From Lama guanicoe (taxonomy: Eukaryota): a stretch of 64,000 nucleotides of DNA. A model generated the notes under the pieces. That model was not told the origin of the DNA. It saw nothing but the letters and a program-made list of their open reading frames with translations, and made no database searches. This document shows positions 13,240 to 25,344 of the stretch, piece after piece. Where the stretch lies: positions 3,543,041 to 3,607,040 of the forward strand of contig MU054212.1 in assembly GCA_013239625.1 (NCBI GenBank), given 5' to 3'. The position numbers and the translations under genes were made by a program. Numbering within the stretch: the stretch's first letter is position 1; every line of letters starts with the position of its first letter.

Positions 13240-13395
13240 ATTCCATAATCATTTCTTGAGCATCTTCCGTGAATCAGGCATGGGTCTTACTGTTGAAATT
13301 ATAAAGATAAATCAGGTAGCTCTTGCACTCAAAGAGCTCACAGGGAAGTCAGAAGAGAGAGAATGAACAACTAACAAAAATGCCAAGTGCTCATC
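13240..13395 (-). mobile_element. L2 3' fragment
   Basis: aatcatttcttgagcatcttccgtgaatcaggcatgg...tcttgcactcaaagagctcacag. Confidence 0.55.
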
Positions 13396-13811
13396 ACTCT
13401 ATGCGTGCAGGGCGGACGATGCAGTTTCCATGGATAGGGGACCAGGTATCTCCACACCTTGAGAAGGAATCAACTCCGCACTCTGCTGCCGTGATGTAGC
13501 TGTTATAGAAGACTTCAAATTTGGTGTAATAAACGACACAGAATTAAAGCAATTTATCTAAAACCAAAAGCTTCTTGGTTGACCAAGTTGTGTGTAACAT
13601 CCCACACAGGGATACCAAGAGCCTAGAAGGAAGACTGGAAGACCTCGGAAGTAATAAAGTGACCTTTATCCTTATTTCAACTAAATCCTACCCGAATTCC
13701 TGCTCTCCTATCAGCATACCACATATTTCCACTAAAAAAGTACCATGTCAATTTTCTGACTTCTGCTTTCGGGAATACTACTATAGTTTTATTTTCTCTC
13801 CCGTCTACTTT

Positions 13812-13880
13812 TCTCTCCCTCTCTCTCTCTCTCTCCACACACACACACACACACACACACATATGTATGAATATATATAA
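13812..13880. repeat. compound (CT)n(CA)n microsatellite followed by TA-rich tract
   Basis: Direct reading: ctctccctctctctctctctctc then (CA)13 at 13836-13861. Confidence 0.9.
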
Positions 13881-14789
13881 TACATCTTAATTTAATACAT
13901 GCTCCTGTGAGATTTTTCTCTTTAATTATCTAATAACTTTAATTTTAGAGCACCATACAGTTACTGACAGCTTTTAGCTTTCTTCCCCTCAATCTATTTA
14001 ATTTCATAGATCCATCACAGTTAATGACCTTCAAAATTGTGATGCTCAACCAATGGTTTAACGCTCAAAGGTCGAGACATACAGGCCTAACATGCAAGAT
14101 AGTGATTGAAATGACTTTCAACAGCCTTGTGTGTTCATGTTTTCATCATTGAAGACTGCTGGATTACATAAATCATAGGAAGAAATAAAGACAAGCCCAT
14201 GCATTAAAAAAAATCAAAGATATTAGACATTCTAAGAGTCTATGAAATTGCTGACTGGTAGAATTTTAAGTACAGTCTTCACTGCCAGTGATATATCCTT
14301 TCAGGAACCTTCATCTGATTTTATTTTTATTTTACAATCAAAAATAAAACTACTGTGTTCTCTCTGCAGCTATTCACAATACATATATGGCTATTATTGG
14401 GGATTCGGCAATGCTTTTGATTTGTTCTGGAATTTGCCAGAATGTTCCATGTGCTTTGCTCCCTCAGTATAACTTTTAATACTATTTCAGCCAAATGGAA
14501 ACTTTGTTATCTGAAATTTATATGAACTTTTCATGAACACCTGTTCAACTTTACCTAACCAAGAGCTGATCACTCAGTAAATCTTATTTACACATTTAAC
14601 AGTATTCAGACATCACTTCCCTAAAGGCTTTGCAACAATTTTGAAATAACCATTTCCCTTCTTTATGTGTCCTTGACAGGAAGCACAAAAGACACTAGAG
14701 TTTTCATGTAAAATTTGAATGAAAGGAGTGATTTAGCTCAGCATACAGCAGTCGCCCCTCAAAGTGAAAACTTCGGTTCACTGGATCTA

Positions 14790-15100
14790 AACACGGGGAG
14801 ATCAGCAGGCTTGGAATGCTTGTGATTTGGGCATTGAGGGAGGAAGAATATATTTTTTACACTTAGAAACTTAAATGCCAACAGTTTGGCTGAGGAAATT
14901 AAAAGGACTGAGAGTGAAGGCAGACAGACCAGTAAGGAGCCTACAGCAGTTGTCAGCCTAGAAATGATGAGGGTCTCGGCCGTAAAAATGAAGGAGAGAT
15001 GATTTTTGCCAGGTATTGAGAAGGATGACTCTTCAGGGCTTGGCAGATGACTGGAAATGGCTGCAGAGATGAATCCATCAGGGATGATGCCGGGACTCTG
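14790..15100 (-). mobile_element. L2 fragment
   Basis: gaaggcagacagaccagtaaggagcctacagcagttgtcagcctagaaatgatgagggtct...cagggcttggcagatgactgga. Confidence 0.6.
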
Positions 15101-15449
15101 CTTCAAGGCTTCGCACACGGCTAAGACTGGACTCATTACCTCTTCACAAATGCAGCTCCTCCTCCCGACTCCTGACACCTTCATCATCTCAGTTATAGAG
15201 GATCCATTTCCTCTCAAGTGGCCTTTTTGCAACACCCTCCTGCCTGGCATTCTTCCTTTAGTCCCCACCACCACCACCTTCATGTGTTGCTGTGATCCCT
15301 AAATTGGAAATAGAATGCATCTCCAGCTGCTCTGTTCATATCACCATCATTTTCAGCCAGTGAGTTTGGAAAGTTTGGGCTTAGACAACTAAAAAACAGA
15401 TAGGAACACAAGCTCACGTTAAATGGGTAATTAATTAATCATCATCCAT

Positions 15450-15595
15450 CATACAGCTTTCAAAAGTATTTTCACAGCCATTTTCATATTTGATTGTTGT
15501 AACAACAACTCTCTGAAATAGGAATCCCTTTCCAGTGATGGATACGAGACTCAGAGATTTAACTCTCTGGCTGAAAAATCACGGAGCTATTAAAT
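15450..15595 (-). mobile_element. MIR fragment
   Basis: acagcttttcaaaagtattttcacagccattttcatatttgatt...aacaactctctgaaatagg...gagactcagaga. Confidence 0.55.
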
Positions 15596-16239
15596 TTTAG
15601 TAACTTCCAGTAAAAAAAAATTTAGTAACTTCCAACGTAGAAACTTGTAATCATTAAATAGTTCCTTCTTTTTACCTAAATTTAATTTCCCATATTAGAG
15701 GCAATAGGCTATGAGGGCTCAATATGCCAGGATTTGTGAGATTAATAACCAGACAGTATATGGATTTCTTCCCAAACATGTTCTGATCACACTATGAATT
15801 TGAGTCAGTTTCGAACCTTTGTTTTTTATACGTGGCAAGATTTCTAGGGCACAATCTAAAAGCAGTTTTTTGATACTACCCTCTCATTGAGAATCAAGAG
15901 AATTCTCTGGGTTCCCCACTCTCTAAGTTGAGGTGACATCTGAAGTAGTTGGCACCATCTCATGAATGGCCCAGCTGCTCACCTCTTCCTTGTGCCTACA
16001 GATCTCAGGCTAGTTGATCCCTGGAAATAGTTCCAGCCTTCAAAGGCAGATCAAATTCCCAGAGAAGAAGAGGTTGGCTCAGTGTTAGATCCTCTCTCTC
16101 AAGCCATGTCCCGTAGTGATCATCTGCTCCTTATTGCTTAGACCTTGAGCTTGAACTTCTCCTGCCTGCCTCCCTTCCCTGCAGACACACACCAGGGCCT
16201 CTGGTTCCATTTCTGACCCTTCAACTCAAAGAACAGCTG

Positions 16240-16655
16240 CAGCACAGTGGGGCTTTCACTGGCTTTGATGTCAGAAGGTCCACATTCAAATCCTAGTCCT
16301 TCCTCATACAATCAGCATGATCTTTAGCTAATAGTTATTGAGCCTTACTGACTATCACAGTATTCTCACTATCTCACGTGCATCAACTCATTTATTTTTC
16401 ACAGCATCAGTAGGAGCTAAGTATTGATATTATTATCCCCATCGTAGCTCTACGGGTGACTTGCTCAAGCTGGTTAGTAGCAGAATTAGGACCGTCAGCA
16501 GCTCATTAATCCTAGGGCCACTTGCTTCTTCATTAGTAAAATGGGGATGACGGCACACTCCTGATACAGCTCTGCCTGAATTACACAAGAAACTGTGTGT
16601 GAAAATACGTATTAAGCTCTACAAAGCTCTGTAATTCCCAATATTGTTATTATTG
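16240..16655. mobile_element. MIR (+) interrupted by a second MIR (-) at ~16325-16495
   Basis: MIR head (ggctttgatgtcagaaggtccacattcaaatcctag), then antisense MIR (tattgagccttact...aactcatttatttttcacagca...tattatccccat...gtgacttgctcaag), then MIR core and tail resume (gtaaaatggggatga...tgtgtgtgaaaat...ttattatt). Confidence 0.6.
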
Positions 16656-17604
16656 ACTGATGCCTTGATACCACACTTATCTGGATCCTAAATAACCTGT
16701 CTAACTCCGATCTGTGGCTTTCTCAGACTTGCCTAGTTACTTTCATCTCGGGTAGCCACTTCCATTTGTAGCCTGCAGGTACATATGCTTTGGCGTCACC
16801 AGCAAGAGCCTCCCTCTAAACCAAACAATTTCCCCCACTTTACCTAGCCGGCCACTACAGGCGTGCAGAACTGACAGAGTCCTTACATCAGGACTGTCCA
16901 AATGGCTCCAAACGATAATTCCCATGACACAGACAAACTAGAAGCTTTCATACACTATTATCCTTATAAGTAGTAAAATTCCTATCAAAAATGTGTTCCA
17001 CAGAGGACAGAACCATCGCAGAGCCAATGAAAGCAGAAACAAGAAATTATAATTAAAGGCAGGCAAGGTGTGGCCAGCACAGTGTCATTTGACCTTATAG
17101 TTATGTCATGCTGTCCTCACTTTGAAAGAAGCATTAGATTTATAAATTGATCCAGGAGCGTGCAGTTCGTCTCAATGATTTTACTCTATGTTGGGCTGTG
17201 TGTCCCTCCGATCCAGCCTTACTTTACATGTTTAGTAAACACTTTACCTGTTTGCAAACTGTGCTTTAAACCTTTGACTCTGTTCCACAAGACTGAGTTT
17301 CCAGACCAATAGGGTTTAAATGCAAACTTGGGAACGAATGTATTCTCTCCTGCTTTAAAGAGGAGGAGATCCATTATCTCACACAGCAAGGCTGCCGCAG
17401 CCCTGCAGCCCTGGTTCACAAGCTGCCGCTAAGATTCTGTCGGAGCACTGGATCCGCCATGTCGGCGACAGGCAGAACGGGTCTCCCGGCTCTGCCGTGG
17501 GTACAGCGTCCCTTCACGGAGACTCCAGGGAGAAAGCCAGCAAGGCTTATAAGCCATCCTACAAGTTTCTTTCCAAGTTTGCCTGTCTGCATTCTTTCCT
17601 TGTA

Positions 17605-18010
17605 AAATTGTGCACCATCATACACACAGAAGGAGACTAAAAGGATTGATTTGCCCAAAGCGTGTAATTGAAACCAGAACCCAAGTCTCCTGACGGTGAT
17701 TCACAGTTCCTTACAGCGTACCAACACTATGGAAACTTAATCAACAAATACTCACTGAGCACTTCTTGTGCTCGCGTGTAGTATAAAACACGATCCTCAG
17801 TCAGAAGGACCTTACACTCTATTTTTGAAAGTAGATTTAAGGGTGGAAGGTTTAGGAACATACACACGTGTTATTGACTAGATGAAATACAAGGTTATCA
17901 TAAGCGCGTATGGGATTCATTTAAAGCCTTAGGTGTATGTGACAAGTTCTGTGCATTCAGATGAGGGTGTGATTTCTGGGTGAAAACAATCTGGAAGGTT
18001 TGGTCAACTG
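17605..18010 (-). mobile_element. adjacent MIR (~17605-17725) and L2 3' (~17735-18010) fragments
   Basis: aggagactaaaaggattgatttgcccaaag...aaccagaacccaagtctcctgac; tcaacaaatactcactgagcacttcttgtgc. Confidence 0.45.
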
Positions 18011-18060
18011 TCAAGTTTATACTATTTTAAATTTATACACGGATCAAACAAGTATTGGCA

Positions 18061-18162
18061 GAAAGGAAGGAAGAAGGGGAGGGAGGAAGGAAGGAAAAAA
18101 GGAAGAAGGGAAGGAGGAACAGAGTTAAGGACGAAGAGAGAGAGGAGGGAAGGAGGAAAGAG
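18061..18162. repeat. polypurine (GGAA/GGGA-rich) low-complexity tract
   Basis: gaaaggaaggaagaaggggagggaggaaggaaggaaaaaaggaagaagggaaggaggaa... almost pyrimidine-free. Confidence 0.85.
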
Positions 18163-18834
18163 GCGCTATGATAGAAAAGTTGAAGTGAATAAATATATAC
18201 CCATGTGGAAGCTTAAGTATTACCACTCTTACACTTTGTTTAATTATCATTGCCTGATCACCCTTCACCCTTAATTGCATTAGAGTCAGATGCAGAGGGA
18301 GACACATACGTTCAACCTTATAACTAACATGTAACCACCCTAAGTGGATCCATTCTTCTTTGACAAAGTTTATGAGCCCTTGCATTCTATCAGGTTTCAC
18401 ATTTTTATTAGGCTCATAAACTTTTCTCTATTCTTCAGGAAAATGGCAGTCACTCTAGAGGTAGGCCTGCCCTACCATATTTCTACATAAGCATGGGATA
18501 AGCATGGGTATGTCTGAATGTCCAGTGTACAGCTTGGACCTTCCTTCTATGACCATATTTACAACTGTGTGTGTCCATGTGTTTATGTGAGTGGTAACAC
18601 ACGCCAACCTGGCATGTAGAAACTTGCCACAAATTTTCTCTGAGTAAATAAATTCAGAATTTAACTTCCATATTTGCAAAAAGCATTAACATGTCAAGCC
18701 AATTGATAACTTGATTATAATTCCATGGAATATAAGCTGTATTGGTATGGTTTTACACTGACAATTATTTAAAAGTCTTTTTTCTTGGCAACGTTGTTTA
18801 ACTGGTATTCTTTTGTCATGCACACGAATAAGCA

Positions 18835-18968
18835 TTGGATGATATATAATTTATCACCCAAATCGAGACAACTTTTAGAGTTAAAGGGAGTACAAATAAT
18901 TACATTGGGACAATCAGCATAAACCAGGTCTGTCATAAGCAAAGAGGATACTGCAGGTGGTCACTCAA
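18835..18968. mobile_element. MER94-like hAT-Blackjack MITE
   Basis: atataatttatcacccaaatcgagacaacttttagagttaaaggg...ataattacattgggacaatcagcataaaccagg...tggtcactca; length ~134 bp. Confidence 0.75.
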
Positions 18969-20611
18969 GCTTCTGATCATAGCATCAGGAAGTTCATGCA
19001 TCAACCTGAACTTTAATATAAAGTGATTAGGATACGGGGAGAGATGTACAGGTGGAAGGTATTAAAGGCAATATTTCATTTTCTATTTCTTAATTGACTG
19101 CTGCCTTTTTGGGGTTTTATGACATACTCATTATTTCTATTTCCATTTCAGAAGTGAACACCAGGACCTCCCACTGCCAATTTCTCCTGGCTTTTCCCTC
19201 CACACCTTCTCACACTTCTCACTGCACATAGAATAAACCACATGAATCTGATTCAGTGCTCATAACTGACTTTCTAATCCTTGAAGAAGACGTGCAGCTC
19301 TGACCAGAAGCTATCAAGTCGATCAATGGAAGCAATCATTAGAACAGATCTATTCAAGACTACTGAGAACAAGCTATTAAAGGCTCTCGTGACTGTTTCA
19401 ATGCACAGGAACAGATAACCACTCCACACTTACTTTAAATTTTAATTGTTTTAACTTTAGGTATGTAATCCAGAATATTGAATATTTGGTAGACGCATAA
19501 AGTTGTGGAAGTATGAAAACATCTTAATACTCTTTAGAAGTATTTAACAGGGAGAAGCTGGACTTTGCCTGCCAATTACAGGCTTTGTAAATTGTCACGG
19601 TAACAATTAGTGCATTACTCCATGTACAGGCCTTAATGAGGATTCGGGGATTTCTGCATTGATCTAGTATACAGTTTTAATCAGTGAAATGTATGTTAAA
19701 TTTACTCTTGAAAATAAGGATAAATTTAGTTTTAATATGTAATGCAAGCATTTGCCCCATTTGCTTTCATTAGAATTATTTTGTTCTCATAAGATATAAT
19801 TTATTATTACATGGTACAGTAAGCAAATACAGTTTCTGCCTTCAAGGGCAACCATGAGGTTATAATATTTTCTCTCTAAATTATATCAATAGAGTTAACC
19901 TAGCTTAAGAATTCAGCTTGATAACGGTCAAAATGGATATAGGATTTTCATGGGTGAAAATATTCTTTTACACAATATCATTAAGTCTTTGTTAGCATTT
20001 GCAGAATATGATCATAATTACTAAATCACATCCCATTATTATAAAAACTTTATGTATTAACACTATTCATTTATCCATTTATATTTGTATTACATATTAA
20101 CACTATATCATTTATCCAACAAATATTTACTGAGTGTCTGCACTGTTCTAGGTACAAGAAATTCAATAATGAGCTAGAAGGTAGGATTCCCATTTTTCCA
20201 CAGCTTACATCTCATTAGGTGAGATAAATAATACATAAATACAAAAATTGCTGTTTAACATAATTTCAGAGAATGATAAGCTCTATGAAGGAAAATAATA
20301 AAAGCTAAGTCTTTAGAGCTTAATCTGGGTGGGGAGGGTTTTATTTGTCATTTTTTTCAGTCAAGATGGGTAGGAAATGTGTCTCCAAGGAAGTGACAAT
20401 TGAAAAGATCCTTGATAAGACATGGAAAGGTTCAGGGAAATGCTGGAGAAGGACTGACCTCCGGGAAAGACTCTGAGGAGGGAATCCTGCACGTTAGAGT
20501 ATTGCCAAGCAGCAAGAATGAAGTTAAGAGCAGGGTAGCATGACAGAAAAAAGAGTTCAAAGAGACAGAGACGGATTAGATCCCAAAAAATGTTTAGATA
20601 ATGGAAGTGGC

Positions 20612-21106
20612 GGGAGGAAGTCAGCAAAATAAAGTCCTCCCAAGATGTCTCCAGAACCTGTGAATATGCTGCCTTAAATGGAAAAAGGGACTTCGTAGAT
20701 GTGATTAAATTAAGGATCTTGTAGTAGGGAGATTATCCTGGATTACCTGGATTGGTCCAATCTAATCACATGAGATCTTAAAGAACTTTTCTCTATTATG
20801 GTCAGTGAAAGAGATATGGTGACAGAAGCTAGGTCGAAATGATACTATGCTGCTGGCTTTGAAGACGAAATAAGGGAGTCAAAAGTCAAAGGATGTGAGT
20901 GGCCTCTAAAAGCTGGAAAAGACAAGGAAACAGATTATTTTCTAGAGGCTCCAGAGAGTAATGCAGTCCTACCAGCACCTAGATCATAGCCTTGTGACAC
21001 TTGTGCCAGGAGTTCTGATTTATAGAAACGTAAGGTAACAAGTTTGTGTTGTTCTAAGGCACTAAGATAGCGGCAAGTTTTATAGTAGCAATATAAAATC
21101 AACACA
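20612..21106 (+). mobile_element. MLT1D-like MaLR solo LTR
   Basis: ccagaacctgtgaatatg...aagggacttcgtagatgtgattaaattaagg...gggagattatcctggattacctgg...gctgctggctttgaagacg...aagctggaaaagacaaggaaacagatt...tagcaatataaaatcaacaca. Confidence 0.85.
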
Positions 21107-21379
21107 AGGACTTTGAGCAGGATAGTGATACGATATGTATGACTCATGTTTTAAGAGATCTCTCTGGTAACTATGCGAAGAATATATTGTAGGAGGGGCA
21201 AGATCAAGAAGACCAGTTAGGATGCTAGGCTGAAAGCAACTCTGGTTGCCTGGATGCAGTAACCAAGATGATAACCAAGATGATGCAGATAAGAAGTGGC
21301 AATATTTGAGATAAAATCTGGGTATAAAATCAGCATACAGGTGGTTTTCAAAGCCATGGGACCACATGAAACCGCCCTG

Positions 21380-21581
21380 CTGCACTGCCCAATATGGCAG
21401 CCACTAGCTACATGTGGCTATTGAATAAAATCAATTAAAACTAAATACAATTAAACATACAACTTCTCAGGCTCACTGGTCACATTTTGAGTTCTCAGTA
21501 GGCACATGTGGCTAAAGGCTACCATATCGAACAGCACAGAAAATGTTTCATCATCATAGAAAATTCTACTGCCCGAGGCTG
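21380..21581 (-). mobile_element. MER3 hAT-Charlie MITE
   Basis: ctgcactgcccaatatggcagccactagctacatgtggctatt...cacatgtggctaaaggctaccatatcgaacagcacaga...catcatagaaaattctactg. Confidence 0.8.
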
Positions 21582-22481
21582 ATGGTAGTGAGACAAGATG
21601 AAGAAGAAAAACAAAAAGATCAAGAGCAGATTCCTAGGTTACTGTGCCGCTCAGCGTCAGGGATAGGAAAGGGAGCCAGCAAGACATTGAGGGTTGGTCA
21701 GTATTTATCTCTTCTGAGATTTAAACACATTAAAAAGCAAATTAAGATACTACACCTGCAATAGAAAATATGATTCTGTATGTGATTAAATATTGTTTCT
21801 GCATAGATTTACCTGTTGAATTAGCTAACAAGCTGAAGGCATTAGTTTTCTTTGAGAATCCATCAGCTGTTAAGTCCCTTCAAAAATGGAACCTTAGCTC
21901 TGAAGGGCAGAGTCTGGCGAGGAGAAAGGCAATGAGGAAAATGATGGAATGGCACAAGAGTAAAGTATTTCCTCCTTGGTAATTTTGTATTGGGCCATCT
22001 TTGAAGGGTAAGAGAAGAGATAAGAAGAGGGGCAGATGAAAAAGAAAAGTAAGTTTAACTGGAGCAACAGAACCAACATATTCTTTTCTCTGACTATTCC
22101 CAGACCCACACAAAGAAGCTTAAAGTTTTCTCTTTTTACTTTTTCTACTTGTTTGATAACTGATCACTTATGTTGCTAATAAATGATCACCAACTGAGGA
22201 TTTATCAAAGGTCTGCTGTTTCTCAGCTGCAGTATGCCATTCACTATGTTAGAAGCAGTTGACCTCTGATACCATGTTATTTGATGGTTTTGATGCATTC
22301 TTGTAAAGGTTAGAAAAAAGCAAGAGTCTTACAAGGAGTCAGACCTTATGTGACAGACAAATGGGATGCTGAAGCCGGAGAAGAAGTTTAAGAGTTGGAG
22401 ATTCTGAGGGGGCAGGAAGTAGCGCAGGAAGGCAGGGCTGCCGCCATTTTGATTGTTACAATATGATACATTGTATCTAGT

Positions 22482-22532
22482 TAGTTGTCTAACTAGTTGT
22501 CCAATAAGTTGTCTTATTAGTTATCTAACAAG
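22482..22532. repeat. degenerate 12-bp tandem repeat, about 4 copies
   Basis: tagttgtctaac / tagttgtccaat / aagttgtcttat / tagttatctaac. Confidence 0.75.
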
Positions 22533-22732
22533 AATTTCCCAACTTGATTCAGTTCTTTGAAATTATTTTTTTCTTCTAAGGGATAATGAATAAAAATAGA
22601 CTCAAGTTGAGCTTCCTTTAATTACTGCTTTGTTGACATCAAATAAAGAAAACTGAAAAAAAAAGAATTGAATAAAATTAACTAGGAAACTTTGATAAAT
22701 GAAGACAGACAAGAATAAGCCATTATGAGCTT

Positions 22733-22840
22733 TCTTTCATTCAACACATATTTATTGAGCCCTGACTCTTTGTCAGTCCCTGTCCTTGGTGCAATGAATG
22801 TAAGACAGAGTTTTTTCCCAAGGAACTTGTATTCTAGTCT
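22733..22840 (-). mobile_element. L2 3' tail
   Basis: ttcattcaacacatatttattgagccctgactctttgtcagtccctgtccttggtgc...ccaaggaacttgtattctagt. Confidence 0.65.
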
Positions 22841-24019
22841 ACACAGAAAATTCAGTGGTACAGATTCTGGGCTTTTATTTTATCCAGGGGATCTCTCCCA
22901 AGTGCATTCTTTTTGAGATCAAAATTGAACACCAAGGATTGAATACTTCATTTGTCAGGCTCTCTCAATTAGTGTATGATCATTTCTACATGACTTTTAC
23001 TAACATAGTTTTGGATTAAATCCCAGGGGTACAGATAACTCCCTGCACTTTGAACTAGTTTAACCACCATCTCTGGTAGTAAATGTGGGAAGTTCTCCTA
23101 CCAAGTTTAGAGCATAGAGGACATGGCCATGCCACTTAATTCATCACTGAATCATCAGTAATGTTCTTCTCATTCAAATTTTAGAGTAAGAGATACTACA
23201 TTATCCATGGATAAGAATCTGAGAGTCAAGCTTTGTGTGTCAGTAAATCCAGAAATAACATAAGTACACAGCCCAACTTTGTTCATGTTATGAAATGAGA
23301 ATTTTCTTTGTCCCTCTCCACTTCTAACTAGAGATGGAGAGAATTTTCTTTCATTCTCTATGTAGATTAACCCTAGAAGATTCCCCCACCATTGTTTTTG
23401 TTATATTCTGTGGTTGTTCATTTTGAAATAAAAATTACAGTGGTGATAGAATTGAAAGGAGATGGGAAGGGTTTTGTATGTGGGATGGGATAGATGTCAT
23501 AACGCCAAACATTATGAAATAAGTAAATTATACTTCAATTTTGTGGTTCAAATTGATATCCATAATCATCCTGGAATTATGGAAAGGAAAGCTCTAGTAC
23601 CAATAATTGTAACCAGCTTCTCAAATACTTCTATTAGAGAATATATATTTTAGAGAAAAGGCCAATGATCTGAGATTAGGAGAGTAATGTTCTAGCCAAA
23701 TTAGTCAAAATAGCTCTAAAATATTTAGGATAATGCTCCACCTTGATTTGAGCATTCTTTTCCTTATGTTTTTAAATCTTAAATTTCTCACTATCACCAG
23801 AAGAGATCCCCAAGGAGAGGCTATACAAATTATTACCTGGTCCACACCTCAGTTAAATAAAGCTTGTAAATGCTCAAGATATACTGTATGTATTTTGAAA
23901 TTAGTTTTCTTCTGCATGTGGGCTCTGTGTGGCTTTGTTCTATTAGGGACAGCAAACTGCAAAACGTACGTAAGACTGCACCTATTACCCAGAAATAACA
24001 ACCGGGAAGTCCTGGCAGG

Positions 24020-24780
24020 GTCTGCTTCTCCAGGTGGCTTCTGTGATCTTGCTCACCAATCCAGGCAGGCTGTAGGATGTACTCCTGGCTGCCAGACATC
24101 TGTGGCCACTCTTCTAGCGGGGCGTGGCTGGAGATCATGTTCAGCAGTTAAGCCAGACTTTGAGCCTCTTTCTTGCCCAGTTGGGCCATGGGATGGGATC
24201 CATGGCCAAAATGGCCTCTTGGCTGGGGACCCAATTAGGCAGAACTGCCAAGTGAGCTCCCATCAGCTGGGCTCTGAAGATGGAAGGAGCCCCTGGCTGG
24301 GATAGTTACTCAGGCACAGCTGCAAACAGCAATGTCCAAATCCTAACTCTGCTTGCTGTAAGCGCCTGCCCCTCTTCTTTTATTCACCTCTATCTGATCC
24401 CCAGTGGCTGAATCCAGTAGATTTCCCATTGATCTCCATGAGGCAAGCTCCAAATGGACCTCTGAGGAAGTGTCCTGTAACACTGGAGAAGCTGGATGTC
24501 CACGCTGGGCTCTTTTCCCACTAGAGAAACCATAGGTCCTGGGGTGCCCCCTTGGTGCTGCACTGTACTGGCCTAGGGGTAGGGCAATGCAAAACCACTC
24601 TGCTCACCCTTCTAATGTGGTCCTTCTCAGCCTCTGTGGTCCAAGGGTGTGCTTCAGCCTCACCCCTGGGTGCTGGCATTTTTCACAATGGTGTTTTGTC
24701 CACAAGGAGTTGCTAACTGTTTTCCTTGTGAGAGGGACTGAAGCTGAGAATGACCTGGGTCACCATCTGGATGATAGCAC
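24020..24780 (-). mobile_element. old L1 (L1M3/L1MB-type) 5' UTR
   Basis: agctggatgtccacgctgggctcttttcccactagagaaaccatagg...tctgtggtccaagggtgtgcttcagcctcacccctggg...tttcacaatggtg...gtgagagggactgaagctg...caccatctgg resembles antisense L1M 5' end. Confidence 0.7.
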
Positions 24781-25344
24781 TCTGTCTGAGTATTAAAATT
24801 AGTATTTCAGTAAAGCCTCTAGTGGAGCACCAGCACTTAACAGCCATTATTCTTAAATGTGAATTGTCTCCCTCTGGGCTCGCTGTGGAACAAATACTTC
24901 TGAAAAAGTTTCTGCTCCACTTATTCAGAATAAGATAACATCCTATTGGTATTTTGACATATTCTAGCATGATTTCATTTTCCCCTGCTACTAATAAAGA
25001 AGTTAAAATATTATAAATATGAGTAGTTATGAAGCTATAATTAGTATAAAGTATACGAAGTCTTAGAAATCTCTGGTAAGATACATCTATATTCTCTGAC
25101 AAGCAAGGAGAGACGAGAAAGAAGAGCTTGGTCCTTCACTGCCTTTCCTCTTGGGTATTTTAGAAGTCACTCTTCCCTGACTCTTGTTTTCACTCCTGTA
25201 TTTCACCATGATTCTCTCCCTCCTGTCAGCCTCCCTCTCCAATAAACACACAAGCAAATGCTCACCCAGTGAACAAGTGCCCACCCACACACTGAATGGA
25301 GTGTGAGTAAGTGAAAGAAAACAGGTTCATAGCAAGGACATTCA

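Larger units (their letters stand above)
20090..21690 (-). mobile_element. L2 LINE split into three parts (~20090-20611, 21107-21378, 21582-21690) by MLT1D and MER3 insertions
   Basis: L2 tail (catttatccaacaaatatttactgagtgtctg); colinear L2 motifs resume after each insertion (gactttgagcaggatagtgatacgat...ttttaagagatctctctgg). Confidence 0.7.

Noticed and set aside
14759..15283. 174-aa minus-strand ORF
   Set aside because: Overlaps L2 remnants; non-ATG start; no protein family resemblance.
22482..22532. Short repeated units as a CRISPR-like array
   Set aside because: Units are directly tandem with no spacers, in mammalian DNA; an ordinary minisatellite.
23733..24305. Longest ORF (190 aa)
   Set aside because: No recognisable domain; its 3' half runs antisense through a decayed L1 5' UTR; no flanking splice or promoter structure.
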